Below, piece by piece: positions 48,377 to 57,703 of a DNA stretch of 64,000 nucleotides (position 1 is its first letter; every line of letters begins with the position of its first letter). A program made the position numbers and the translations under genes. Source of the DNA: Bryobacteraceae bacterium (GTDB lineage Bacteria > Acidobacteriota > Terriglobia > Bryobacterales > Bryobacteraceae); contig DATBEG010000127.1 of assembly GCA_036276155.1 (NCBI GenBank), positions 10,939-74,938 on the forward strand. The letters run 5' to 3'. Below the pieces are notes generated by a model. It was not told the origin of the DNA, searched no databases, and saw only the letters and a list, made by a program, of their open reading frames with translations.

Positions 48377-49954
48377 TTACTTCTCGAGCAGGAAGCTGCC
48401 CGCGAACAGCGTATCGATCCCCGATGAGAAGAAGCTTCTGACCGCATCGCGCGGCGTACACACCAGCGGATCGCCGAACAGATTGAAGCTCGTGTTATAG
48501 ACAACGGGCAAACCAGTTGAATGGCCCATTGCCGTCAGCAGCGCGTGGTATAGCGGGTTTTCATATCGGCGCACCGTGTGGACGCGGATGAGATCGCTTC
48601 CCAGGATTGCCGCCCCGAAAGTCTCTCGATACTTCTCCTTGACGGTTCCTATGCTGGCAAGGAAGCGCGCATTTGGTCCCACATCGAAGTATTCGGAAGC
48701 GAGTTCCTCCGGAACGGAAGCTGCGAATTTTCGGAACGCCTCACGGTGCTTGATGTAGACGTTTAGATTCTCCGTCGAATAAGGATTTAGCGGAGAAGCC
48801 AGAATACTGCGATTTCCCAGCGCACGGGGGCCAAACTCCATGCGTCCCTGCATCCAGGCGACAATCTTGTTGTCGTTCAACGCCCCAACCGCTTGATCGA
48901 TCATCTCCTGTTCCGTCAGAAGGAATCGAAAGCGCAGCTTGCAATTTTCGAGAATGCTCTTGATCTCCGCGGCTGAGTACGCCGGGCCCAGGCACAGCGT
49001 CTGGAACGGAATTCGCCGCTCCTCGACATTGAAGTGATGCCAAGCGTACAGTGCTGCACCGAGTGCGGTCCCGGCATTTCCCGCTACCGGCTGCACGAAT
49101 ACCTGCTGGAATCGTTGCTCCAGCGCGCGTACCAGCATGGCGTTGAACGCCACACCGCCCGCGATACAAACATTCTGCGCGTCGCCGGCCATTCGGATGA
49201 CTTCTTCTATAAGAGCCGCCTGCAGGCTGGCAGCGATGTCATTCTTGACTGGCTGCGGGATCGCGCCCTGCGGCGAAAGCTGCAGCTCTGCGAAGAATTT
49301 TGCAGAGAATAAGCCGGCATATCCGCCATCCTCATCAATGTACGTGCGGTCGAAGCGCGGCCACTCTGAGCCGCCCCCGTGAAGCAGCCTCCGGAAGACG
49401 TCGACGTACTTCGGTTCTCCTGACGCGGACAGCCACTGCACTTTGTGCTCGTCCGCACGCGGTTCAAAGCCAAGCAATGCGGTGACGCGATTGTAGAGAT
49501 CTCCCAGCGAGTCCGGAAAGTAGAGCTCTCGGACGGGAGTGAGGCGGTTGCCTTCGCCCCGAAACGCAACAGCGGACCGGAAATCACCGGCACGATCAAT
49601 GCTAAGCACGGACGCGCTTTGGAATCCGGAGGCGTAATAACTGGATGCGGCGTGGGCGACGTGATGCTCCACCACCACGATTTCGCTCGTTGGAAACTTT
49701 GCGCGCAGGCTGAGTTGCACCGCGCTCTCCGGGCCGACCGAAAAAGGACGCGCGATGGCAACACAATCGATCTGATCCTGCTTCACTGCGGCTATTTGCA
49801 GTGCAATCTGAAAAGCCTCATTGGGGAAGGACCCCGGGCGGTCCTGGCGAGAGACTTTCGTTTGTTCGACGGCGCTTGAAATCTCGCCGTCCTTGAGGAC
49901 GCAGCAGGCCGGATCACCAAGTAGGCCGCCGAGCCCGAGAATAACGCGCGCCAT
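48377..49954 (-). CDS. Carbamoyltransferase (NodU/CmcH family)
   Basis: 525 aa. The N-terminal segments ILGLGGLLGDPACCVL and VVVEHHVAHAASSYYASGF are present, together with the C-terminal carbamoyltransferase domain (VVYNTSFNLFGDPLVCTPRDA). Confidence 0.88.
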   Translation of the reverse strand: MARVILGLGGLLGDPACCVLKDGEISSAVEQTKVSRQDRPGSFPNEAFQIALQIAAVKQDQIDCVAIARPFSVGPESAVQLSLRAKFPTSEIVVVEHHVAHAASSYYASGFQSASVLSIDRAGDFRSAVAFRGEGNRLTPVRELYFPDSLGDLYNRVTALLGFEPRADEHKVQWLSASGEPKYVDVFRRLLHGGGSEWPRFDRTYIDEDGGYAGLFSAKFFAELQLSPQGAIPQPVKNDIAASLQAALIEEVIRMAGDAQNVCIAGGVAFNAMLVRALEQRFQQVFVQPVAGNAGTALGAALYAWHHFNVEERRIPFQTLCLGPAYSAAEIKSILENCKLRFRFLLTEQEMIDQAVGALNDNKIVAWMQGRMEFGPRALGNRSILASPLNPYSTENLNVYIKHREAFRKFAASVPEELASEYFDVGPNARFLASIGTVKEKYRETFGAAILGSDLIRVHTVRRYENPLYHALLTAMGHSTGLPVVYNTSFNLFGDPLVCTPRDAVRSFFSSGIDTLFAGSFLLEK

Positions 49955-49957
49955 CCG

Positions 49958-51379
49958 CTATACCATTCGGAGGCGCTGTATAACGCGCTCGCGTCCGATA
50001 CAGGTGAAAACCGCGAATGCGCTCGGGCCCACCGGCTGTCCTGTCAGCGCGGCGCGGCTGGCATTGATTAACACTCCCGCTTTTACGCCGCGTTGTTCCG
50101 CGAGCTTACGCAGGTCCGCTTCTACGGACGTTTCTGTGAAATCGGGATGCGAAGCAATACGATCAGCCAGTTCGTGAAGCAGTTCGCGTGCGCCGGAGGC
50201 GTTCAATTTTTCGAGCGCTTGTGGCTCAATCGGATAGTCGTCGGAGAAGTACGCTCGCCCTTTTGTCGAGAAGTCGATCAGGGTGGAAAAGCGTGTGCGT
50301 ATGGTGTCGACAACGTGCTCGAAGAACGCCTCATCGCCGTATGGGGTAAGCCCGTGCTCTGCAAGCGATTTGCGCACCACCGGAGCCAGTGTGCTCACGG
50401 GCAGCGTGCGTAGGTGCTGCGAGTTTAGCCACAACGCTTTGGGGTCTATGGGGTCTTCGTCGCTGAAATTCACGACAGCGTTGCTGCGATGCACACTTTC
50501 GAAACTGAATGCATGAGTCAGCTCATAGAGACTCATCTGCTCGCGATTGTCTTTCGGCGACCAACCGAGAAGGCACAGAAAGTTGATGTATGCGAGCGCG
50601 AGAAAGCCGTTGTCGCGGTAAGTAGTAACGCTGACCACAGGACCGTGCTTGCGCTTTGACAACTTCGATCCGTCCGGGGCAATCAACAGCGGCAGGTGCG
50701 CAAACCGCGGCAGCGGCGCGCCGGCGCCTTCGAATATCAGAATGTGTTTGAACGTATTCGAAAGATGATCCTGCCCGCGAATCACGTGGCTGATGTGCAG
50801 ATCGATATCGTCTGCGCAGGAGGCCAGGTGATACGTCGGCATGCCGTTGCTGCGCAGCAGCGCAAAATCTTCGATATCCGCGGTGAGCTTTGTCTGCGGA
50901 CCGTAAACCTCATCGGCGAAATTGATTTCGTAGGCAGGTTCGCGGCGAACGCGGTAACGAATCACAAACGGCTCACCGGCCGCCGCACGACGCTCGCTCT
51001 CTTCTTTCGAAAGTGCGCGCATGTCCGGGTTGCACAGCCACGGCCCATCGCCATGCGGCTTGTCTTCTATATCTGCCGAGGCAGGCCTGAAATCGCGATA
51101 GGCTAATCCCTTGTCCAGCAGATCGAACGCAACCTTGCGGTGCAATTCCAGGCGTTCTGATTGCCGGTAGAACTCATCCCACGAAAGACCGAGCCAATCT
51201 AGCCCGTCGTAGATAGAATTCAGCGATGCTTCCGTGTTGCGATCGACGTCCGTGTCGTCGATGCGCAGCACCATCGTCCCTTGATGCTTCCTGACGTACA
51301 ACCAGTTGAAGATGAAAGTTCGCGCGCTGCCGATATGCAAATAACCTGTCGGCGAGGGCGCAAAGCGAGCCCGAGTCAT
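49958..51379 (-). CDS. gltX: Glutamate--tRNA ligase
   Basis: RFAPSPTGYLHIGSARTFIFNW carries the HIGH motif and GSKLSKRK carries the KMSKS motif. 473 aa. Confidence 0.95.
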   Translation of the reverse strand: MTRARFAPSPTGYLHIGSARTFIFNWLYVRKHQGTMVLRIDDTDVDRNTEASLNSIYDGLDWLGLSWDEFYRQSERLELHRKVAFDLLDKGLAYRDFRPASADIEDKPHGDGPWLCNPDMRALSKEESERRAAAGEPFVIRYRVRREPAYEINFADEVYGPQTKLTADIEDFALLRSNGMPTYHLASCADDIDLHISHVIRGQDHLSNTFKHILIFEGAGAPLPRFAHLPLLIAPDGSKLSKRKHGPVVSVTTYRDNGFLALAYINFLCLLGWSPKDNREQMSLYELTHAFSFESVHRSNAVVNFSDEDPIDPKALWLNSQHLRTLPVSTLAPVVRKSLAEHGLTPYGDEAFFEHVVDTIRTRFSTLIDFSTKGRAYFSDDYPIEPQALEKLNASGARELLHELADRIASHPDFTETSVEADLRKLAEQRGVKAGVLINASRAALTGQPVGPSAFAVFTCIGRERVIQRLRMV

Positions 51380-51390
51380 GAAGTTTCAGT

Positions 51391-52158
51391 TTACTGGAGC
51401 TTGCTGCTTCGCTCACTCTTAAGCCAGGTCAGCAGGTTTGAAAATGCTTGTACGTCAAGCTGCTCTGCCCGCAGATTTGCTTCAGGCGCCGCGTCTATTG
51501 CGGTTCCATAAAATGGCCGCAGGTTGTTACGTAACATCTTTCGCTTCTGCGCGAAGCAGCGCGATGCAAACGTAATCAGTTCTGCCAGATTCTCAATCTG
51601 CGTGGAACGCCGCAACAGCCGCACGGCCGCGGATTCCACTTTGGGCGGAGGAGAAAACGCCGACGGGGGCACATGGCAGACCAGTTCCACTTCACAAACG
51701 AGTTGCGTCATCACAGTTAACAGGCCATAATCGCGCGTCTTCGGTTTCGCCGTAAGCCTGTCCGCAACTTCGCGCTGCAGGAGGAAAACTCCGACGCCGA
51801 ATCGTGCATCAAGCTCCAGGAATTTCCGAATGATTGGCGACGTGATGTAGTACGGCAGGTTGCCGCAGATCACGGCTTTGCCCCATTGCGACAGATCGGT
51901 CTCGAGCACGTCCGCTTCGTGCGCAACAAATTTCGGTTCCAAAGCGAACCTCTGCTGCAGGTACACCCCTAACGAATGGTCAAGCTCTATCGCATGAAGC
52001 TCGTCGGTGCGTGGTAGAAGGTGAGCGGTTAGCGCGCCGCGCCCGGGGCCGATTTCGATGACTCTCGAAGCATGCTGCCCGCAAGCGGCCTCCGCGATCT
52101 GCTCGAGTATCGATTGCCCGATAAGGAAATGCTGGCCTAGTTTCCGCGGCAACCCCAA
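51391..52158 (-). CDS. rsmA: 16S rRNA (adenine1518/1519-N6)-dimethyltransferase
   Basis: Motifs are PRKLGQHFL, VIEIGPGRGALT (SAM binding) and CGNLPYYITSPI. I start it at the TTG at 52158, giving MGLPRKLGQHFL. The 318-aa ORF-track version would run about 150 nt into the divergent GT2 gene. Confidence 0.85.
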   Translation of the reverse strand: MGLPRKLGQHFLIGQSILEQIAEAACGQHASRVIEIGPGRGALTAHLLPRTDELHAIELDHSLGVYLQQRFALEPKFVAHEADVLETDLSQWGKAVICGNLPYYITSPIIRKFLELDARFGVGVFLLQREVADRLTAKPKTRDYGLLTVMTQLVCEVELVCHVPPSAFSPPPKVESAAVRLLRRSTQIENLAELITFASRCFAQKRKMLRNNLRPFYGTAIDAAPEANLRAEQLDVQAFSNLLTWLKSERSSKLQ

Positions 52159-52200
52159 GTTTAGAATGCGTCTGTTCCGGCTGTTATCTTGCTTAAAGGA

Positions 52201-54513
52201 ATGACGGCGGAAGATGTAACAAAAGCCGAACTGGAAAGCGCGCGCCAAAAGCTCGCGGTTCTCGAAAGACAGCTCGAACTCTCGTACCAGCAGACCGCGG
52301 AGATTCTGCAGATTTTGCAGAAGCACGAATCGCGGCTGGGCGAACATGAGTCCTCCATCGCAAGGCTTGACCGCATTCTCATGGAATTGCTCACAGGCCG
52401 CATCTGGCGAACGCTGCGCGCAGCCGGTGAAGTTGCAAAACGCTTCATGCCCGGCAGCGGCAGTTCCGCCGACTCGCTTGCGCTCACTGCGGAAGTCTCA
52501 TTTCTGAAGTGCGATGAACCGAAGCCGGGCGATCGAACGCCAAGAACGGGTTCCATTACGGTTCGCGGCTGGTGCCTTGCGGAGGGCGGAGCAGATCTGG
52601 TGAATCTTCAGGTGCCCGGATTGCCTGAGTTGGAAGTCGCGCCGGTCGAGCTGCGACCTGACGTCAAAAAGATGTACCCGAAATTGGATCACACCGGCAG
52701 ATCCGGCTTCACAATAGAGTTCGATTCAAGTCAATTGCCGCCCGGCCCCTGTACCATGACGCTTCGTCTCATATCGCGAGGCGTTGCGATTCGCGAAACC
52801 AAACGCGATATCGTGATCGATCACGAACGCGGCTTCGCATCCGCATACGATCGCTGGATTAGCGAGTTCGAACGCCCTGACGACAAACTGATCGAGCTGA
52901 AAGTGGGTGTCCTGACGCAGCGGCCTTCCTTCAGCATCATCATGGCTGTGCATAACACCGAGCCCGCCGAACTGGATGCGGCCATCCGCTCCGTTCAGGT
53001 GCAGTCCTATTCGAACTGGCAGCTTTGTATTGCGGACGATGCATCAACGCGCCCCGAAATTCGCGAAATTCTCGAGAATGCAGCCAGGCAGGACGACCGC
53101 ATACACCTGGTCTTCAACACAGGTCGCGGCGGCATATCGAACACCTGCAATGCCGCGTGGCAGCTTGCGACGGGTGATTTTGTTGCCTTTTTGGATCACG
53201 ATGACGCGCTGTCGCCGCATGCGCTCGCGTATATCTGTGAGGCGCTGGAACGCGATCCGGGAGCCGACTTTCTCTACAGCGATGAAGACAAGATCGATCG
53301 CAAAGGCAAGCGTTACGATCCTTTTTTTAAGCCCGACTGGTCCCCTGACCTGATTCTTTCGGAGAATTACATCTGTCATCTTCTCGTGCTGCGGAAGGAT
53401 CTGGCGGACAAAATCGGACGATTCGATCCCGCCTGCGACGGCAGCCAGGATTACGACCTCATCCTGAGAGCTGCGGAAGCCGCGAAATCGATTCAGCATA
53501 TTCCCAAGATCCTCTATCATTGGCGCGCGAGTGTCGGATCCACGGCGACAACGATCGAGAACAAACAGTACGCGTTGACTGCGGCACAGGAAGCGATTCG
53601 CCGTTTCTGTGTACGCAGCGGAAAGCCGGCGTCCGTGGTGCCATCCAATATCGTCGGCAGATGGCGCATGCGGTACGAGATTCCGCCCCAGACTCGGGTA
53701 AGCATCATCATCGCTTCAGGCGGCAAGGAACCGATTCTCCGTAGTAGTCTGCGGACTCTGACCCAAAAGACCACTTACAAGGATTACGAGATTGTCGTTA
53801 TCGATAACTCGAAAGCCGATCGCATTCAGAAACTCGTGGGCGATTTTCAGCAGCCCGCCGGTCGCGTGCGATACATCGATTGGCGCAACAAGCCGTTCAA
53901 CTACTCGGTCATCAACAACGCCGCCGCTCGCCACTGTGACTCGCCGGTGCTTTTGTTTTTGAATGACGACACTTCCGTCATTTCAGGCGACTGGCTGGAA
54001 GCGATGGTGGAACTCGCCATGCGTTCGGAGGTGGGTGTTGTGGGCGCGAAGCTGCTCTATCCTGACGGGCGTATCCAGCATGGCGGAGTAGTTATGGGCC
54101 TGTACGACAACTGCGGTCATGCCTTCAAGGGCCTCGAGGGCACCGCGCGGCACTATTTCGATTTTTCAGACATTATCCGCAATGTCAGCGCTGTAACCGG
54201 CGCATGCCTGATGAGCAGGGCAGAAGTGTTCTGGCGCGCAGGCGGATTCGATGAGCAGGAGTTTGCGGTCGCCTTCAATGACATCGACCTGTGCCTGAAG
54301 ATCGGCGAACTCGGGTATCGCGTGCTCTATACGCCGCACGCGACGCTCTATCATCACGAGGCCTTTTCGAAAACGTCGAAGGATCTGGTGCCGCACCCGG
54401 AAGAGGTTGCGGCCATGCGGCTGAAGTGGCCGAACGTTATCGCGCAAGATCCGTTCTACAGTCCGAATCTGACACGCAACGACGAGAATTATTCCCTGCG
54501 AACGCGCACCTGA
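52201..54513 (+). CDS. Glycosyltransferase with an N-terminal coiled coil and two GT2 (GT-A) domains
   Basis: The first GT2 domain has FSIIMAVHNTEPAELDAAIRSVQVQSYSNWQLCIADDAS...FLDHDD. The second has VSIIIASGG...YEIVVIDNS...FLNDDT. I prefer the ATG at 52201 (preceded by AAAGGA) over the TTG at 52189. Confidence 0.85.
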   Translation: MTAEDVTKAELESARQKLAVLERQLELSYQQTAEILQILQKHESRLGEHESSIARLDRILMELLTGRIWRTLRAAGEVAKRFMPGSGSSADSLALTAEVSFLKCDEPKPGDRTPRTGSITVRGWCLAEGGADLVNLQVPGLPELEVAPVELRPDVKKMYPKLDHTGRSGFTIEFDSSQLPPGPCTMTLRLISRGVAIRETKRDIVIDHERGFASAYDRWISEFERPDDKLIELKVGVLTQRPSFSIIMAVHNTEPAELDAAIRSVQVQSYSNWQLCIADDASTRPEIREILENAARQDDRIHLVFNTGRGGISNTCNAAWQLATGDFVAFLDHDDALSPHALAYICEALERDPGADFLYSDEDKIDRKGKRYDPFFKPDWSPDLILSENYICHLLVLRKDLADKIGRFDPACDGSQDYDLILRAAEAAKSIQHIPKILYHWRASVGSTATTIENKQYALTAAQEAIRRFCVRSGKPASVVPSNIVGRWRMRYEIPPQTRVSIIIASGGKEPILRSSLRTLTQKTTYKDYEIVVIDNSKADRIQKLVGDFQQPAGRVRYIDWRNKPFNYSVINNAAARHCDSPVLLFLNDDTSVISGDWLEAMVELAMRSEVGVVGAKLLYPDGRIQHGGVVMGLYDNCGHAFKGLEGTARHYFDFSDIIRNVSAVTGACLMSRAEVFWRAGGFDEQEFAVAFNDIDLCLKIGELGYRVLYTPHATLYHHEAFSKTSKDLVPHPEEVAAMRLKWPNVIAQDPFYSPNLTRNDENYSLRTRT

Positions 54514-56592
54514 TCAGCGGTGCTTACGCACGCGCTTCTTCGGTTTCGTTTTGGGCGCGGGCTTGGCATGATAGGTCGGCAGATCCGGAACCGTGCTGCC
54601 ATACAGGCGCTTGTATACGTCGGCGTTGCGCATGACGATCTGGATATAGCCGCGCGTCTCATGGAAGGGAACTGCTTCGACAAATTCCGCGGGCTCGCGA
54701 AACGGTCCCCACTGTTCCCAAAGATTCGCGCGTCCCGGACCGGCGTTGTACGAGGCCAAAGCGACTTCCGGCTGTCCGTTGTAAGAGTTCAGAAGGTTGC
54801 GGAAGTAAAAAGTGCCCAATTGGACGTTGCGATCGGCGTTCAGCAACTGGCCTGCATCCAGCCGCTTGATGCCGAAATGGCGCGCAAGTATGCGTCCGGT
54901 CGCGGGCACAACCTGCATTAGTCCATATGCATTCGCGCGTGAAATAACTCGCACATTGAATTCGGATTCCTGCCTGATCAGAGCCGCCACCAGGTACGGG
55001 TCCAGATTCTGATCCTGACTGTAGTGGACAATTGAATCGCGGTAGGGAATCGGAAAGGCGAGTTCCCAATACTCGAGCGGCGCCTCATCGAGCGGCATGT
55101 GGAGATAGCCGGGCGTGTATGCCTTGATGTACCGGACGGCTTGGTCTGGCGCTCCGCGCTCAGCGGCATATTTTGCCAGTTGCATCGCGTACACGTTTTC
55201 CTGCTCTCCGTCGTTTTTCGCGCCGAATTTTAATTCGCGTTCGGCCCAGTCATCGAGACCTGTTAATCGCAGCAGATTCGCGCGTTCCAACCGCGTCTGC
55301 ACCGCTGGACCAGGCTCGAAGCTCGGGAATTCCGGCTTCGCCGGCCACTTCAGCGCGTGTAGAAACTCCACCAGCTTCGGCTCCGCCGTCGCCTTCTGTA
55401 CCGTGGGATCTGCCAGGCGCGCGCGTCCCTGGATTGCGCAATACGTGTTGGGGAAATGTTCGACCAGTTCCTGATAGCAGGAACGCGCGGAAGCAAGATC
55501 ATTCTTCTCTTCTAGAAGACGGCCGAGGAAATATAGGGCGTTGTCGGCGTCGTTCGAATCGGGATATTTCTCGATGTGGGCGCGCAGCAGATCACCAGCA
55601 TCGTCCTTGTTGCCGCGGTAGCTCTCAAAAGCCAGTCGCCAATGGCACCAGGCCGCGCGAGAATCATCTGGGAAAGTCGTGGCGCAAGCGCGATAAAGCG
55701 GCAGGTATGTCGAGACGTCGTTATCGCGGCGCGCCTGATCCGCAACATCGATTAGTGCTTCCAGCCGCCACGGCGATTTCGGGTGTTGTGTCTCCAGCTG
55801 CGTCAGATATGGCTTGACGTCTGCGTGCCTGTCCGGTTTACGGGCGCAGCGAATAATGTAGTCCAGCCGTTCTGCGTCCGCTTCCGAATCGTCCACTTTC
55901 AGAGCCAGTAGATACTCGAACGCCGCCTGCGCGTGATTGCTCAGGAAATCCGTTTCGCCCAGGCGAACTTTCGCGAGATCCTGCTGCGGGCCGGTAAGCT
56001 GCGGGATCGCGGCGGCAAGCTCGATGCGTGCGGCCGCGGGATTCTTCGCGTCCAGCAATTTCTGGGCGCGGCCGATAATCATCGTTGCAGTCGGCACTTT
56101 GTACTGCGTGCTCAATTTATCTTTCAGCTCGACCAGTGCGTTCGCGGCATCGGTGGCTTCTTTTTGCGAGGTCGGATACTCGTAGTAAACGCGCTGGTAA
56201 TAATCGACAGCTTTCTGCAGGTCGCCCGTCGCAGTGTACGATTTCGCCAGCAGCAAATCGGATTGGGGCTGAGGTATTACGTCCTCGTACTTCTGCATCA
56301 ACTCGAGCGCTTGCTTGGGCTGATCTCCATCCAGGTCGGCATTTACCGCGAGCGCTGCCGCCGCGCCGACGAACGGCGACTCAGGATCGTGATCAAACAC
56401 CTGCACAGCCGCCTGATTCACGTCTGAGTAGTTTCTCAGCGCGTACTCAGCCTGTTCCCGGATGTAAAAGGCGTAGTCCTTCAGCACGGGAGCATTTCCT
56501 GCCGCTGAGTTTGCGTACAGAGCTGCTTCGGGGTAGTGAGCGGTGTCGAGTTGGTGCTGCGCTACGGCGATAAGTCCGGCGGCGCCCACCAC
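54514..56592 (-). CDS. slt: Soluble lytic murein transglycosylase (Slt70-like: superhelical repeat N-domain plus SLT catalytic domain)
   Basis: The catalytic region is ALIRQESEFNVRVISRANAYGLMQVVP...ASYNAGPG. Coordinates use the first canonical start (GTG 56592). An in-frame upstream extension encodes the missing signal peptide (see findings). Confidence 0.88.
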   Translation of the reverse strand: MVGAAGLIAVAQHQLDTAHYPEAALYANSAAGNAPVLKDYAFYIREQAEYALRNYSDVNQAAVQVFDHDPESPFVGAAAALAVNADLDGDQPKQALELMQKYEDVIPQPQSDLLLAKSYTATGDLQKAVDYYQRVYYEYPTSQKEATDAANALVELKDKLSTQYKVPTATMIIGRAQKLLDAKNPAAARIELAAAIPQLTGPQQDLAKVRLGETDFLSNHAQAAFEYLLALKVDDSEADAERLDYIIRCARKPDRHADVKPYLTQLETQHPKSPWRLEALIDVADQARRDNDVSTYLPLYRACATTFPDDSRAAWCHWRLAFESYRGNKDDAGDLLRAHIEKYPDSNDADNALYFLGRLLEEKNDLASARSCYQELVEHFPNTYCAIQGRARLADPTVQKATAEPKLVEFLHALKWPAKPEFPSFEPGPAVQTRLERANLLRLTGLDDWAERELKFGAKNDGEQENVYAMQLAKYAAERGAPDQAVRYIKAYTPGYLHMPLDEAPLEYWELAFPIPYRDSIVHYSQDQNLDPYLVAALIRQESEFNVRVISRANAYGLMQVVPATGRILARHFGIKRLDAGQLLNADRNVQLGTFYFRNLLNSYNGQPEVALASYNAGPGRANLWEQWGPFREPAEFVEAVPFHETRGYIQIVMRNADVYKRLYGSTVPDLPTYHAKPAPKTKPKKRVRKHR

Positions 56593-56740
56593 CTTTGGGG
56601 CCGGAGGTTTCGGCGGCGTCTGCGGAGCCTTCTTTTTTGGTGTGCCGACGACGGAAGCTGTCGCGAGAATGGCGCATGCGACGCAGAGCAGGCAAAAGCG
56701 TCTCAGTGCAATGAGACGAATGTTGCGCAGCCTCAGAAAG

Positions 56741-57691
56741 CTAAACCAACTGCCCTGGATACTCCGCTCCTAGCTTCATTTCGTCACCTTCAGCCGCGCT
56801 ATTGACCAATTCGAGATGCAAATAATCCACCATCGAAGGAATAGTCATGAATTGCTTGCGATAAGTCTCACGTGCTGTATCGATTTCAGGCTTCAGAAAT
56901 AGGTACAAGTTGTTTTGTTCACGACCCGCGCGGCAACCCTGTGGTTTGGCAAGCTGTATTTCGGCCACAGCAACGCGGGAGAAGCGCTGTGCCCGGATAT
57001 GTAGGGTGCGCTGGTTTTCACTCAAATCAGCCCATGCCGGCAATCCGGATTTCTCTTTCACCGGTACAGCGGGTGCTGGCTGCTGCGCGGCTGCTTCTTC
57101 ACGTTCTGGTACAGGCACGGGCGGTTCCGGCGCCGGCGCGGTAGCAATGTGGGCGTGCAACGCCCTATTCGCTTGTCTCTCGAGCACAGCCGAACCCAGG
57201 CCGGCGATCAACTCCAGAGCATTCACGTCCATGTGTTCCTGATCGGCTGCGAAAAGAATCGCTACCACGCGCTTCCCATTCATGATCGGGAACAGGCGAC
57301 AGCGATCGCCTGCTTCGGCGCTTGCCAGGTGTGCAGTCACTTCAGATGCCGTTCGCAGCGCGATAACGGGGTCACGCGTTTCGGCTGCACTTGCGAACGC
57401 TGCGGCTGATGCAAGCGGAAACGAAAGATGGTCAGGCAGGTCGAGACCATTTTGGCCCAGAAGCTGGACTGACTCGCCGCGAATAGAAAATACAGCCAAG
57501 TGTTCGATGAAAGGGGCGGCGCCGTCAAGAAGCGCTGAAACCCATTCCGACTCGTTTTCGTAATGGCGCAGCCTGCGAAAAAGTTGATTCAGCTCGTCTG
57601 TGAGTTGATGGCGCCCCACACGCGCAGCTTGCGTACATGCGGTGTCAAATTCTCGCCGAAGATTTTCCCAAGCCTGGTCGAGCGCATGCAC
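56741..57691 (-). CDS. Hypothetical protein (possible GAF/PAS-like N-half, Pro/Ala linker, conserved-looking helical C-domain)
   Basis: 316 aa with no TM helix and no catalytic motif that I recognise. It is tightly packed between the AsmA-like gene (12-nt gap) and slt. Confidence 0.6.
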   Translation of the reverse strand: MHALDQAWENLRREFDTACTQAARVGRHQLTDELNQLFRRLRHYENESEWVSALLDGAAPFIEHLAVFSIRGESVQLLGQNGLDLPDHLSFPLASAAAFASAAETRDPVIALRTASEVTAHLASAEAGDRCRLFPIMNGKRVVAILFAADQEHMDVNALELIAGLGSAVLERQANRALHAHIATAPAPEPPVPVPEREEAAAQQPAPAVPVKEKSGLPAWADLSENQRTLHIRAQRFSRVAVAEIQLAKPQGCRAGREQNNLYLFLKPEIDTARETYRKQFMTIPSMVDYLHLELVNSAAEGDEMKLGAEYPGQLV

Positions 57692-57703
57692 TTGTTTCTG
57701 ATT

